From a virus: a DNA stretch of 64,000 bases. Of this stretch, positions 46,342-56,034 are shown in pieces. Under the pieces are notes generated by a model. It was not told the DNA's origin, ran no database searches, and saw nothing but the letters and a program-made list of their open reading frames with translations. Position numbers and translations under genes: made by a program. Position 1 is the stretch's first letter, and each line of letters begins with the position of its first letter. The stretch is from the IMG/VR virus record IMGVR_UViG_3300045988_147882; one strand, 5' to 3'.

Positions 46342-47655
46342 ATGATTATAAGCCCGTTTACCCCACTGTTTTTTTCTCCGTCTACCGATAAATTTGGAGC
46401 GAAGAGTAAATATGTGCAATTATTCGCACGTACAGACAGGATTTTTGTTGAATTGATTTTGACAGCCAAAGAGCAGGAGCCTATAGTTTACATTAATAAT
46501 CTTTTAAGTAATATATCTACACCTGTATCATTAAGCTCATGGAAGATGAATGATGATAAGATTCTTTATTTCTATAACATTTCATTGCTTCCATGTGGAT
46601 ACTATACTGTAACAGTTAATGGGAATACGAGTGAGATTTTTAAAGTTACGGACGATGAATGTGAGTTATCAGAAACCAGCCTTATTCAGTATTCAATGAA
46701 AGATAATAAGCAGCGTCTTGATGCTGTCTGGTGGATAGATGGGATGCAATACTTTTTTGATTTTCGCGTTCCTGGTGGTTTCAAAGATAACGGATGGACG
46801 TTCGGTGTGGATAATGAGCAGTTCGTGACCTCTGATGAGGATATTGTTGAGCTATTCAGCCACGAATATACAACAGTATTATTCACGCTTGGAAATGGGA
46901 TGGGATGCCCTGTGTGGTTTGCTGAATTATTGAATCGTGTCTTATGCTGTAATTACGTCTACTTTGATGGTGTTCGATATACCAGAAAGGAAAGTAATGT
47001 TCCAGAACTTAACCAGCAAATAGAGGGATTGAAGAGTTTTGTGTTCAATCAAATGTTACAGAAGGTAAGAACGATGAATCCAGTTTTGGAATGGAATAAC
47101 CAGCTTGCTATGAGGTGTGTACAAAGCGGGGCTTATAGGATAGCAGATGATGAAGGAATACGTAGTATCAAGTATGGTTCAGAAAGTGAGGTTGCAGAGG
47201 TCGGAGCATATATCAATATGACTAAGGCTATTCCTAATACTGGAGTTTCTATTAATAGTGATACTATGGTTACTGTCAACAGTATTCATCACCCAGGTGT
47301 TGATGAAAATTCATATTGGGATTTGATTGCAATCAAGACGACTGACATAGATAACAAGTATATTGGTAGAAGAGGTTACGGTAAACTTACAGTTAATGGA
47401 CTGGATAGACTAAAGAACGATTTGGACAACGGTTCGATAAATTTGCGTGCTGTACTATATAAAGGAGATTCGTATACTAACCTCATTGAAGGGAGTGCAA
47501 TTAGTAGGGATGGTGTATGTGTCTTGAAAGGTATTAACGGTGGAGATATTGGTGCTCTGAAGGAGTTCCAACTTTATCTTGATAATGTCTATGATTGCGA
47601 CATAGATAATCTTGGTATGACCATTGAGCTTGTATGGGTATATGAAAATGATTAA
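46342..47655 (+). CDS. Tail structural protein (putative)
   Basis: 437-aa ORF in the tail module. Confidence 0.5.
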   Translation: MIISPFTPLFFSPSTDKFGAKSKYVQLFARTDRIFVELILTAKEQEPIVYINNLLSNISTPVSLSSWKMNDDKILYFYNISLLPCGYYTVTVNGNTSEIFKVTDDECELSETSLIQYSMKDNKQRLDAVWWIDGMQYFFDFRVPGGFKDNGWTFGVDNEQFVTSDEDIVELFSHEYTTVLFTLGNGMGCPVWFAELLNRVLCCNYVYFDGVRYTRKESNVPELNQQIEGLKSFVFNQMLQKVRTMNPVLEWNNQLAMRCVQSGAYRIADDEGIRSIKYGSESEVAEVGAYINMTKAIPNTGVSINSDTMVTVNSIHHPGVDENSYWDLIAIKTTDIDNKYIGRRGYGKLTVNGLDRLKNDLDNGSINLRAVLYKGDSYTNLIEGSAISRDGVCVLKGINGGDIGALKEFQLYLDNVYDCDIDNLGMTIELVWVYEND

Positions 47656-47666
47656 AAAAGAGAATT

Positions 47667-50600
47667 ATGACAGAAACAGAAAAACAACAGATTATTAGCC
47701 TTGTGTTACAAGCGTTGAAGACAAACTGTCTTACAATAGAGCAACTGACTGATACAACAGAGCTATCCAAAGATATGTACGTTGAAGTTAGTGGCGGTCG
47801 GAAAATATCTATTGATTTACTTTCAAGTACCATTGCTAAAATGGTGAATGGGGATTTTGATGCATTAGTGGAGAATGTCAATAAGATTGCAAAAGATTTA
47901 TCGGATGGAGACGCCGAGTTATTGAAACGTATAACAGGAGTGTCTGATAAATCCAATCCTTTGACTGACCCATTTAAAAGTATTGGCTCTTTTACTACTA
48001 TTGGTAGCTTTAAAGATAAATTAAAAACAATGTATTCCGGGGATTCTTCTATTGGGAATTATCGGTGTATTTTGTCTGTTGATTCGTCTAAGATTCCTGT
48101 AAATATACAAATTGAACGGTTGGAGCTTAATAAGGTTTGTCAATCATTCACTTCGTGTATACAATTAGCTACCATGTCAGACAATGCCGAAGGTGTATAT
48201 TTAGGTACAGTTTGTACAATCTCACGAATAGGTATTGTTTCCAATGAGAGTGTTACATGGGGCAAATGGACATCTGTAATAAATGGCTTTGAGGAAAGGA
48301 TAGGAAAAGCGAACGGTATCGCTCCTTTGAACGAAGAAAGTAAAGTTCCTTCTGAATGTCTGCCTGAACCGTTGTCTCTTGGGGAAGGTGAAGAAGAAGC
48401 TTTCCCCGGCAACCGTGGAAAGTCTTTGGAAGATACAATGAAAAATATCCCTTCCGATATAATCAAACCGGGTTCTTTCTCCGTCCTGTCTGACGCTTCC
48501 TATCTCGATGTGTATTTTAAGAAAGTGTCCAAAACAACCGGTAAAGAAACGGATGACAGCTTCCGTCTGCCTTCCGCTACCCTTGAACAAGCCGGCCTTT
48601 TGTCCGCCGAGGATAAGCAAGCCCTTGAGGATATGAAGAGCGGCACGCCCGCTGACGATGTAACACACCCCATCGTCATTGTTGATGAGATCCGCCCATT
48701 GAAAGACGGCTACTATACCCTTGAAACCGCTATTGCCGCCATTGTCTCCTATCAACAGGAATCTGGCGTCAAATATGAGCGAACGGGTCTCATCATTACT
48801 TACAAAACAGGCGAGTATGAAATGGAAACCCGGCAGTTCCAGGGTGCTGTGTCCGATTTTGCGACCCCTTCTCTTTGGAAACCCTTCGGGAATGGTGGTG
48901 GCGGTTCCGTTTTTGAAACTTCCGATGAACCGGCGGAAGGGGGAAAGGACGCCTTTTCAACTGGTGGCGCCTATGCCTATGTTCCGGCCAACCTCGACGT
49001 AAACGTGGAAACAGAAGGCATTGTAAAACTTCAGATGAAGAACGCTGCCGGTGAAACCCTTGGCGATGAAGTGCAGTTCGCTATCGGCACGGGTGGCGGC
49101 GGTCAAACTGGTGGTACCATTGTTGCCATTGCTTTCCAGTCGACACCTGTCTATGGCTCTTACGGCTCCACGCTACGAACCTTTGCCGCCATTCGTTCCG
49201 TGACCTCGAACGGTGTCGAATCCTCTGACAACCTGATTGAGAAACTGGAACTCGTAGACCGTGAAAGCGGGCTTACCGTCTGGACTGAAACCGTCAACAA
49301 AGCATCTTCCGGTGACATGAAGGACTTCTCCTTTGAACTGGACTTCACCACATACTTTACGGCTGCCGGTACTCGGAAATTCAAGCTGATAGCCACTGAC
49401 GAGAGCGGCAACACCGGTTCCAAGAATGTCAATGTAACAGCTGTTGATATTACCTGTACCTGTGTGCAGGTGCTCAACTATACCCCTGAAACTCTGCTTA
49501 CTCCGACAACTGAAAGTTTCAGCCTTCCACTCTATAAGTTCGGAAACAACACCTCTGATAAAGGTATCAGTGCCCAGGTTGACATCAAGATTAATGGTGA
49601 ATGGCAATCCCTGTCTACCACCGTTGTAAATGACAACTACTCGCACTCCGTTGTAATCCGCCCTGCTTCCCTCGGCCTAGAACACGGTACCTATCCCTTG
49701 CGCATCCAAGGAACGGATGTCGCATCTGGAGTGAAAGGAAATGTCATCTACACGGCTGTCATGGTAATTGACCCGAATAGTTCCACACCTCTTGTCGCCT
49801 TGAGATACGATGATAAAAACGGTGGAGTAGTCCGACTGTACGAAACCGTAGAACTTGATGTTGCCTGTTATGACCCGTTGGAAATGACTTCACCCGTCAG
49901 CGTGAAAGCCAATAACGTGCAGGTAACACAAATTGCTGCCAGTCGTAACAAAACCTATCAGGTCAAACAACAACTGCAGGGCTACAAGGCTGACGGCACC
50001 GATACGGTCAACTATACTGCCGTATGCAAGGACGTGACTAGCGAACCTGTCCGGGTGACAGTTAGCGGTTCCGCCATTGACGCCGCCATAAAAGAAGGCG
50101 CCATCTATAACTTTGACTTCTCATCCCGTACCAATCAGGAAACTGACCATAGCATTGTCAGCGGTAATTATGAAATGAAAGTGGACGGTGCCAACTGGAC
50201 TACCAACGGTTTTGGCACATTCTTGGGTGAGAACTGCCTTCGCGTAGCCGAGAATGTGGGCGTGTCATTAAACCATGCCCCGTTTGCCGGCTCGTCCATC
50301 GAATCCAACGGTGCCGCCATCCAGTTCGCTTTCGCTTCCAAGAACGTGACCGATGATGATGCCCTGCTCCTTAGCTGCTATGACGAAACGTCCGGTGCCG
50401 GCTTCTATGTCACCGGCCGGGTGGTCGGCATCTTCTGTAACAATGGCGTTTCCCGTCGTGAAGAACGCGCCTATCGACAGGGTGAAAAGATAACCGTAGC
50501 CGTGGTTGTTGAACCTGCAAGCAACTACGTTGAACGTGACGGCACACGGTATTCCATGATGAAACTCTTCCTCAACGGTGAGGAAGTCGCCTGCCTTGGT

Positions 50601-53600
50601 TATGTTCCGGGCGGCGGCTCCCTGATTCAGACCAAGTATATAACGATGGACGGCAAACTGGGTGATTTGTATCTTTATTACATGATGGCCTGGAACTCCT
50701 ATATGGAATGGGCACAGGCGTTCAAGAACTACCTTGTCCGTCTGACTGATACCGAGGTAATGGTGAAGGAATACGCCTTTGAGGACGTCCTTAAAAGCCA
50801 GACGGCCGAGGGTAGCACCCAAAGCCGCCCGTCGGCTGCCGAAATCTATTCACGCGGTATGCCTTACATTGTCGAATGCCCCTATGAAGGCTCCGATATA
50901 GAAGCACTGGACGGCACCACTTCCACCAGTACGAAGATATACATCACGCTCTATTACTTTGACCCCGAACGTCCGTGGCGTAACTTCAAGGCCGTGAGTG
51001 TCCAAACCCGCAACCAGGGAACCACCTCTGCCAAACGCCCGGTAAAGAATAAACGCTACTACCTCGCCAAGAGCAAAGGCAAAAACAAGGACACTCGAAT
51101 CATACTACTTAATCCGGACGATACGACGGAGGAAGGACGCCGTGCAATAGCCTTGGCTGCCATCAACAAAGTACAGGTCGGTGATAATACAATCCCGGTC
51201 GATGTCATTACCGTAAAAGTCGATTACTCCGATTCCGGCAATGCGAACGACTGCGGCGCCTGTGAAATGATGAACGTTACATACCGTGCCTTGGGTGGTA
51301 ACTATATGACACCTGTCCAACGTGCATTTGACGGAACATTTGACAGCGGTGACTTGCATATCGAAGGCTTGCAGATGAACCACTCCACCGCCAATCACCC
51401 GGTAGCCACCTATCGGTGTAAGGATGACAGCCTGCAAAACGTCTATTTCCATGCCAAAGGCAACTGGAAAGAAGACAAAGGGGAACAGTTCGCCCTCGGC
51501 TTCAAAGATACCCCCGGCTATAACAAAGGTTGCCTGAATTATGGTGACTTCATAGAGTTCTTCGGTACTCCTGACGAAACTTTAGACGCAATTGAGACAC
51601 GCTTCAAACAGACTGACGGCCTCGATACGGACAGTGTGTACCTGCTTTCCCTGTATTGTGGCAGTTCGTACCGGATAATGAGGTATCAGGACAGCTCATG
51701 GAAAAAGCAGTCCGGTTCCATGAAGTATGAAAACGGCAAATGGAATGTCACCGGTGACGTCCTGAATCCGGTTGAAGGTTTCGAACTTCTTAACTACCAA
51801 GGTATGGACTGGTTTCAGGGCGTTGGTTCTGTTCAGGATATGATGGCCATGAAAACGGACAAGTCCTCATGGGTTCAAAAACTCGTGGATAACGGAACTA
51901 TCTCTGCTGATACCTTCCCGGCATGGACTTACTACTTTGAATCGCTTGTCGATGATGACCAGCTCGCCATTGATTACGCTTTGGGTAAGAAAGTGCCCTA
52001 TAACCTCTACCGATGGTTGCGCTTCTGTGATTCCTGCGATTACTCCAAAGGCGGGAACTGGCAAAGAACATGGAAGGAAAACCTGTATAAATACGCCTGC
52101 CCAGAAAGTGTCTTGAGTTATGACATCTTCACCGACTACCTTGCCGCCACTGACCAACGCGCCAAGAATATGCAGCCGATGTGGTTCTTGGAAGAGTATG
52201 CTTCCGTAACAGACGGTGTGTACAGCTCCGAGGATGCCATGCGCATGTACCTGAATAAAATCTATGACTGCGATACGCTCAACAGCAAGGACAACGACGG
52301 TGGTTGCACGGTTGATGCCGAGGTGGACCCCAACCGGACGAGCGATGAAACATTCACTAACCCTTATGCTGGCTACGGCTCCGTTCTGTTTAATAACATC
52401 TATCTCCAGCAAGTAGTGTGGACTGACTCATCCGGTACGGAACTCTCCCTGCGTACTGTTGCCGCCGCTATGCGTAACGTTCAGGCGACCATTGACGGCG
52501 TCACCCTGCACCCGTTCTCACCCGAAGGAGCTACGCATTTCTTCATTGACAAACGGCTCAAAAAATGGCAGAAACTGGTTAGTTCTTACGACGGTGAACG
52601 GAAATACATCTCCTATACAGCCACCTCTGACGCTATTTACTTCTATGCCCTGCAAGGTCTTGGACTTACCGCCCTTCCGTCCTTCATTGAAAGACGTTGG
52701 CGTATTCGTGACGGCTATTTCCAAACAGGTGATTTCTTCAGCGGTGTAATTTCCGGGCGCGTATCTTCCAAACCAAACGCCACCATCCGGATTGTCGCCG
52801 CTAAAAACGGTTACTTCGGTGTTGGCAATGACGCTAGCGGCAACCTTTCCGAAAGCTGCTTCCTTGAAGCGGGCGAAGAATATGTATTCACCAACTTCTC
52901 ACATGAGGAAGGCGCCTTGCTGTATATCTATCAGGCTGACCGCATGAAGCTGCTCGACCTGTCTGAAATCTCCCTGTCAAGTACGGTGAGCTTCTCCGCC
53001 ATGCAACTTGTGGAAACCCTTATCTTGGGCTCTGACACCCATACGGAACAATCCATCGGTTCTTACGCACCGCTTACCTCGTTGAACTGCGGCGAAATGC
53101 CCTTCCTCGTATCACTCGATATCCGGAACACACAAATCGCTACGCTCGTCACCGACAAATGCCCACGTATCGCCCATATCAATGCGTCCGGTAGCAAACT
53201 GGAGAACATCACGCTTGCAGAGACTTCTCCGATAAACGACATCTCTCTTCCACCAACAATGACAAGCCTCCGTTTTGTCGGTCTTCCTGAACTGACCTAT
53301 ACCGGTCTTTCCGCCCCGTCCGGCCTGCAAATCGAATCCATGCCGAACGTCCAACGCCTGCGTCTTGAAACGTCGCCTCAACTTGACGCCATTCAGATGC
53401 TCCGTGACGTCCTCGCTTCACAAGCGGCATCCCGTAAACTTTCCATGCTCCGTATCTCGAACATGACCCTGAAGGCTGACGGCTCCGAGCTTCTTGCCAT
53501 TCTCGAATATGGAGTTGCCGGAATGGATGAGGACGGCAACAGACAGGATAAACCGGTAGTCAACGGCACGTATGAACTGACAGTTATCCGTGAAACGGAT

Positions 53601-53840
53601 GAAATCGAATCCCTTGAATCCGGTATTGACGGCCTTGTCATCCTTACCGTCATAGATGCCTACATCGACCTGATCAACTGGTTCAATAATGAGTCTTATG
53701 GCGGAGAACCGTACTACGATAACGTAACGCTGGACAACATCAATGAAGTCCTTGAATATTATAACGGCGAAACCTACGAGGAATATCTCGAACGGTTTGC
53801 TGAAGACAATATGGATATTAATGATTTAATTAACAAGTAA
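47667..53840 (+). CDS. Giant tail fiber / host-interaction protein (2057 aa) with C-terminal leucine-rich repeats
   Basis: LRR-like run (LDLSEISL...LVSLDIRNTQIATL...INASGSKLENITL...LRFVGLPELTY). Composition switches to GC-rich near 48.5 kb. Lies directly upstream of the DGR targets. Confidence 0.7.
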   Translation: MTETEKQQIISLVLQALKTNCLTIEQLTDTTELSKDMYVEVSGGRKISIDLLSSTIAKMVNGDFDALVENVNKIAKDLSDGDAELLKRITGVSDKSNPLTDPFKSIGSFTTIGSFKDKLKTMYSGDSSIGNYRCILSVDSSKIPVNIQIERLELNKVCQSFTSCIQLATMSDNAEGVYLGTVCTISRIGIVSNESVTWGKWTSVINGFEERIGKANGIAPLNEESKVPSECLPEPLSLGEGEEEAFPGNRGKSLEDTMKNIPSDIIKPGSFSVLSDASYLDVYFKKVSKTTGKETDDSFRLPSATLEQAGLLSAEDKQALEDMKSGTPADDVTHPIVIVDEIRPLKDGYYTLETAIAAIVSYQQESGVKYERTGLIITYKTGEYEMETRQFQGAVSDFATPSLWKPFGNGGGGSVFETSDEPAEGGKDAFSTGGAYAYVPANLDVNVETEGIVKLQMKNAAGETLGDEVQFAIGTGGGGQTGGTIVAIAFQSTPVYGSYGSTLRTFAAIRSVTSNGVESSDNLIEKLELVDRESGLTVWTETVNKASSGDMKDFSFELDFTTYFTAAGTRKFKLIATDESGNTGSKNVNVTAVDITCTCVQVLNYTPETLLTPTTESFSLPLYKFGNNTSDKGISAQVDIKINGEWQSLSTTVVNDNYSHSVVIRPASLGLEHGTYPLRIQGTDVASGVKGNVIYTAVMVIDPNSSTPLVALRYDDKNGGVVRLYETVELDVACYDPLEMTSPVSVKANNVQVTQIAASRNKTYQVKQQLQGYKADGTDTVNYTAVCKDVTSEPVRVTVSGSAIDAAIKEGAIYNFDFSSRTNQETDHSIVSGNYEMKVDGANWTTNGFGTFLGENCLRVAENVGVSLNHAPFAGSSIESNGAAIQFAFASKNVTDDDALLLSCYDETSGAGFYVTGRVVGIFCNNGVSRREERAYRQGEKITVAVVVEPASNYVERDGTRYSMMKLFLNGEEVACLGYVPGGGSLIQTKYITMDGKLGDLYLYYMMAWNSYMEWAQAFKNYLVRLTDTEVMVKEYAFEDVLKSQTAEGSTQSRPSAAEIYSRGMPYIVECPYEGSDIEALDGTTSTSTKIYITLYYFDPERPWRNFKAVSVQTRNQGTTSAKRPVKNKRYYLAKSKGKNKDTRIILLNPDDTTEEGRRAIALAAINKVQVGDNTIPVDVITVKVDYSDSGNANDCGACEMMNVTYRALGGNYMTPVQRAFDGTFDSGDLHIEGLQMNHSTANHPVATYRCKDDSLQNVYFHAKGNWKEDKGEQFALGFKDTPGYNKGCLNYGDFIEFFGTPDETLDAIETRFKQTDGLDTDSVYLLSLYCGSSYRIMRYQDSSWKKQSGSMKYENGKWNVTGDVLNPVEGFELLNYQGMDWFQGVGSVQDMMAMKTDKSSWVQKLVDNGTISADTFPAWTYYFESLVDDDQLAIDYALGKKVPYNLYRWLRFCDSCDYSKGGNWQRTWKENLYKYACPESVLSYDIFTDYLAATDQRAKNMQPMWFLEEYASVTDGVYSSEDAMRMYLNKIYDCDTLNSKDNDGGCTVDAEVDPNRTSDETFTNPYAGYGSVLFNNIYLQQVVWTDSSGTELSLRTVAAAMRNVQATIDGVTLHPFSPEGATHFFIDKRLKKWQKLVSSYDGERKYISYTATSDAIYFYALQGLGLTALPSFIERRWRIRDGYFQTGDFFSGVISGRVSSKPNATIRIVAAKNGYFGVGNDASGNLSESCFLEAGEEYVFTNFSHEEGALLYIYQADRMKLLDLSEISLSSTVSFSAMQLVETLILGSDTHTEQSIGSYAPLTSLNCGEMPFLVSLDIRNTQIATLVTDKCPRIAHINASGSKLENITLAETSPINDISLPPTMTSLRFVGLPELTYTGLSAPSGLQIESMPNVQRLRLETSPQLDAIQMLRDVLASQAASRKLSMLRISNMTLKADGSELLAILEYGVAGMDEDGNRQDKPVVNGTYELTVIRETDEIESLESGIDGLVILTVIDAYIDLINWFNNESYGGEPYYDNVTLDNINEVLEYYNGETYEEYLERFAEDNMDINDLINK

Positions 53841-53842
53841 CT

Positions 53843-54631
53843 ATGACGAATGAACAAAGCGCAACGCTGCTTCGCTTGAATAAACAGGCACAAGTGGCAG
53901 CACTGAACGCCGTGGGCTTCTCGGATGTCACCGAGAATTCCCGCGCATCTGAATTTGGACAACGTATCAAGTGGGCCGCCGGTCTGCTTGATCTGCATCT
54001 TGCCTGTAATCGTATTTCGGATAACTCCAAGGCATACTTTACTGCTGCCGAATGGAACTCCCTTACGCTCGCTAATAAGCAACTGTATATCAAACGTGGG
54101 CTTCGTATCCGTGCCCATGGACACTCCTTCGTAATCGCCGCCCAGGAGTGCTATAATGCCGATATGACTACTACCTTCTATTGGGGCGGTCAGGGTAAAG
54201 CCATAGACGGCCTGAACCAAAAAGGACTGGGTGCCATGTACGGCTGCTTCACGGGTGAGGAAGATACCGACCTGATTATCACCGGCCTGAAAGACCAAAA
54301 CAATAGCGGTGTAATCGGTGCGCCGGCTGCCGAAGCCGCCCGTGCATACCGTGCCTACACTTTGGAAAGTGACGGTATCGAGGATGAATCCAACTGGTTC
54401 CTTCCTTCATCCGGCCAAATGCTTCTGATGTACCGCTACCGCGATAAAATCAATGAGATGATGCGTACCTTTTGGAGTAGTGACAGTATGCTGATGACTG
54501 ATAAATACTACTGGTCATCAACAATTTGGGATACTAACTCCGCCTGGGCGTTCGAACTGAATACCGGGCGTATTACGAATCAAAACAAAAATTCAGCCCT
54601 TCTTCATGTGAGAGCTGTTGCTTCCGAATAG
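53843..54631 (+). CDS. DUF1566-like (C-type-lectin-fold) protein, non-diversified paralog of the DGR target
   Basis: Shares the N-terminal LLRLNKQ..., WFLPSSGQM and YYWSST motifs with the next gene. Its 3' end has no nucleotide match to the TR. Confidence 0.65.
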   Translation: MTNEQSATLLRLNKQAQVAALNAVGFSDVTENSRASEFGQRIKWAAGLLDLHLACNRISDNSKAYFTAAEWNSLTLANKQLYIKRGLRIRAHGHSFVIAAQECYNADMTTTFYWGGQGKAIDGLNQKGLGAMYGCFTGEEDTDLIITGLKDQNNSGVIGAPAAEAARAYRAYTLESDGIEDESNWFLPSSGQMLLMYRYRDKINEMMRTFWSSDSMLMTDKYYWSSTIWDTNSAWAFELNTGRITNQNKNSALLHVRAVASE

Positions 54632-54656
54632 TATTAACTTAATATTATACAATAAA

Positions 54657-55466
54657 ATGGATAAAAATATCGCCAGCGCCATGCTTCTGCGCTTGAATAA
54701 ACAAGACCAGATAGAAGCCTTAAAATCAATAGGTTTTACAACCGTGAATGAAAACACCCCCGCAAGCGACATCGCCAAATATATGCAATGGTCAGGTACG
54801 CTTCTTGACCTTTCTTTGGCTACGCTCCGGATTGAAGACGGTGAACAAGTCTTTTTCACGGCTTCCGAATGGAACTCCATGAGCGCGAATAATCGCTCCA
54901 AGTATATCCGTATCGGCATCCGACTTCGCGCCGAATGCCACCAGTTCATTATCGCCAAAAGCGACTGCGTTGACGCAGGCGGCAATAAAACGTTCAAATG
55001 GGGTGGCTACGGAACTGACCTACGCGGCTTGAAAAACTACGGCAGTGGTAACCAAGGACTCTATGATACCTTCGACGGCAAGGAAAATACCGATGTTATA
55101 ATAGAAACCCTTGCAGGCGTCAAGGACACCCAGGGAACTGTCGGCACCCCTGCCGCCGAAGTTGCCAGAGCCTATAAAGCCTGTACGCTTGAATCTGACG
55201 GAATTGAAGATACAACCGTGTGGAACCTGCCCGCATTGGGTGAACTTATGCTTATGGCCAAGTATAAAACCGAAATCAATGAGCTCATAACTTCTATGTT
55301 TGGCAATCAAAATATATTTACAAACGACTGGTATTGGTCTAGTACCGAATATGACGCTTCCAGCAGTTGGTACGTGTACTTCGTCAGCGGCCACGTCAAC
55401 GCGTACGGCCGCCAGTACGCGGGCCGGGTTCGTCCCCTCGCCGCAATAAACACTTTATCCCTTTAA
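54657..55466 (+). CDS. DGR target (variable) protein, DUF1566-like C-type-lectin fold with C-terminal VR
   Basis: WNLPALGEL, WYWSSTEY and a C-terminal ...RVRPLAA. The last ~30 codons form the VR. Same frame as track ORF 54618; ATG 54657 matches the paralog's start. Confidence 0.8.
   Translation: MDKNIASAMLLRLNKQDQIEALKSIGFTTVNENTPASDIAKYMQWSGTLLDLSLATLRIEDGEQVFFTASEWNSMSANNRSKYIRIGIRLRAECHQFIIAKSDCVDAGGNKTFKWGGYGTDLRGLKNYGSGNQGLYDTFDGKENTDVIIETLAGVKDTQGTVGTPAAEVARAYKACTLESDGIEDTTVWNLPALGELMLMAKYKTEINELITSMFGNQNIFTNDWYWSSTEYDASSSWYVYFVSGHVNAYGRQYAGRVRPLAAINTLSL
55356..55446 (+). repeat. DGR variable repeat (VR), 91 bp
   Basis: Aligns without gaps to 56113-56203 with 14 mismatches. Nine of these are at TR adenines. 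The last 29 bp are identical. Confidence 0.85.
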
Positions 55467-55495
55467 TTCTTTGTCCCTTAGATAGTTAGCTAAAT

Positions 55496-55518
55496 AAAAG
55501 CCCCGGCAGGGGCTTTTT
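55496..55518 (+). promoter_or_regulatory. Hairpin 50 bp downstream of the VR (terminator and/or DGR target-recognition hairpin)
   Basis: AAAAGCCCC-GGCA-GGGGCTTTT. The 4-nt loop fits the GRNA pattern I recall for DGR hairpin/cruciform elements. Confidence 0.5.
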
Positions 55519-55565
55519 AGCTTCACTTTTTTGAGCTAAAATTGTGTTAATTGCTTTACAGTTAT

Positions 55566-55573
55566 TAACTTTG
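55566..55573 (+). promoter_or_regulatory. Candidate -7 box (TAACTTTG) for the avd-TR-RT transcript
   Basis: Exact TAnnTTTG match 40 nt before the avd ATG. Confidence 0.3.
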
Positions 55574-55612
55574 CCCCCTCTAATACATACATTAAAATAT
55601 TAAAAAATTAAC

Positions 55613-56020
55613 ATGGCACTTACACAAGACCTTCCTATATCAAATTCGATGTATAAGCTTCTGAACCTTATCATTGATGCCCGGCAACAATTCCCCAAGG
55701 CGTTCCGGTATGAATTTGGTACGGAGTTGATGATGCTTGCCGTTCATTGTTGCGAATATATCCGTTATGCAAATACAGATATGAACCTTGAGCATCGTGC
55801 AGATTATCTGATGAAGTTTTTGTGTGAGTTTGATGCATTGAAATTACTGCTAAGAGTGTGTGAAGAACGACATTTGACCAGCCTGACTCAAACTGCCGAA
55901 ATCTGTCTGCTTGCAGAGAGCATCGGTAAGCAAAGTACCGGTTGGTACAAAAAAACGGTTGCAGATCTCCAACGGCAAAAAGCTAACGGATCGCAACAAG
56001 TCGCAAAGCCGGAGTCATAA
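55613..56020 (+). CDS. avd: DGR accessory variability determinant (Avd), four-helix-bundle protein
   Basis: 135 aa, helical. FPKAFRYEFGTEL and IGKQSTGWYKK resemble the Avd / 23S-rRNA-IVS protein family. Lies between the target and the TR/RT. Confidence 0.75.
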   Translation: MALTQDLPISNSMYKLLNLIIDARQQFPKAFRYEFGTELMMLAVHCCEYIRYANTDMNLEHRADYLMKFLCEFDALKLLLRVCEERHLTSLTQTAEICLLAESIGKQSTGWYKKTVADLQRQKANGSQQVAKPES

Positions 56021-56034
56021 TCGCCAAGGGGATT

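Noticed and set aside
54530-54631. Possible second VR at the 3' end of the first DUF1566-like gene
   Set aside because: It has no nucleotide similarity to the TR and no GC-rich IMH-like end. Only the protein fold motif is shared.
48140-55394. Many minus-strand ORFs of 60-184 aa (for example 50268..50822, 51867..52412, 53774..54298, 55020..55394)
   Set aside because: All lie antisense to the giant tail gene and the DUF1566-like genes within the GC-rich block. This is a compositional artefact.
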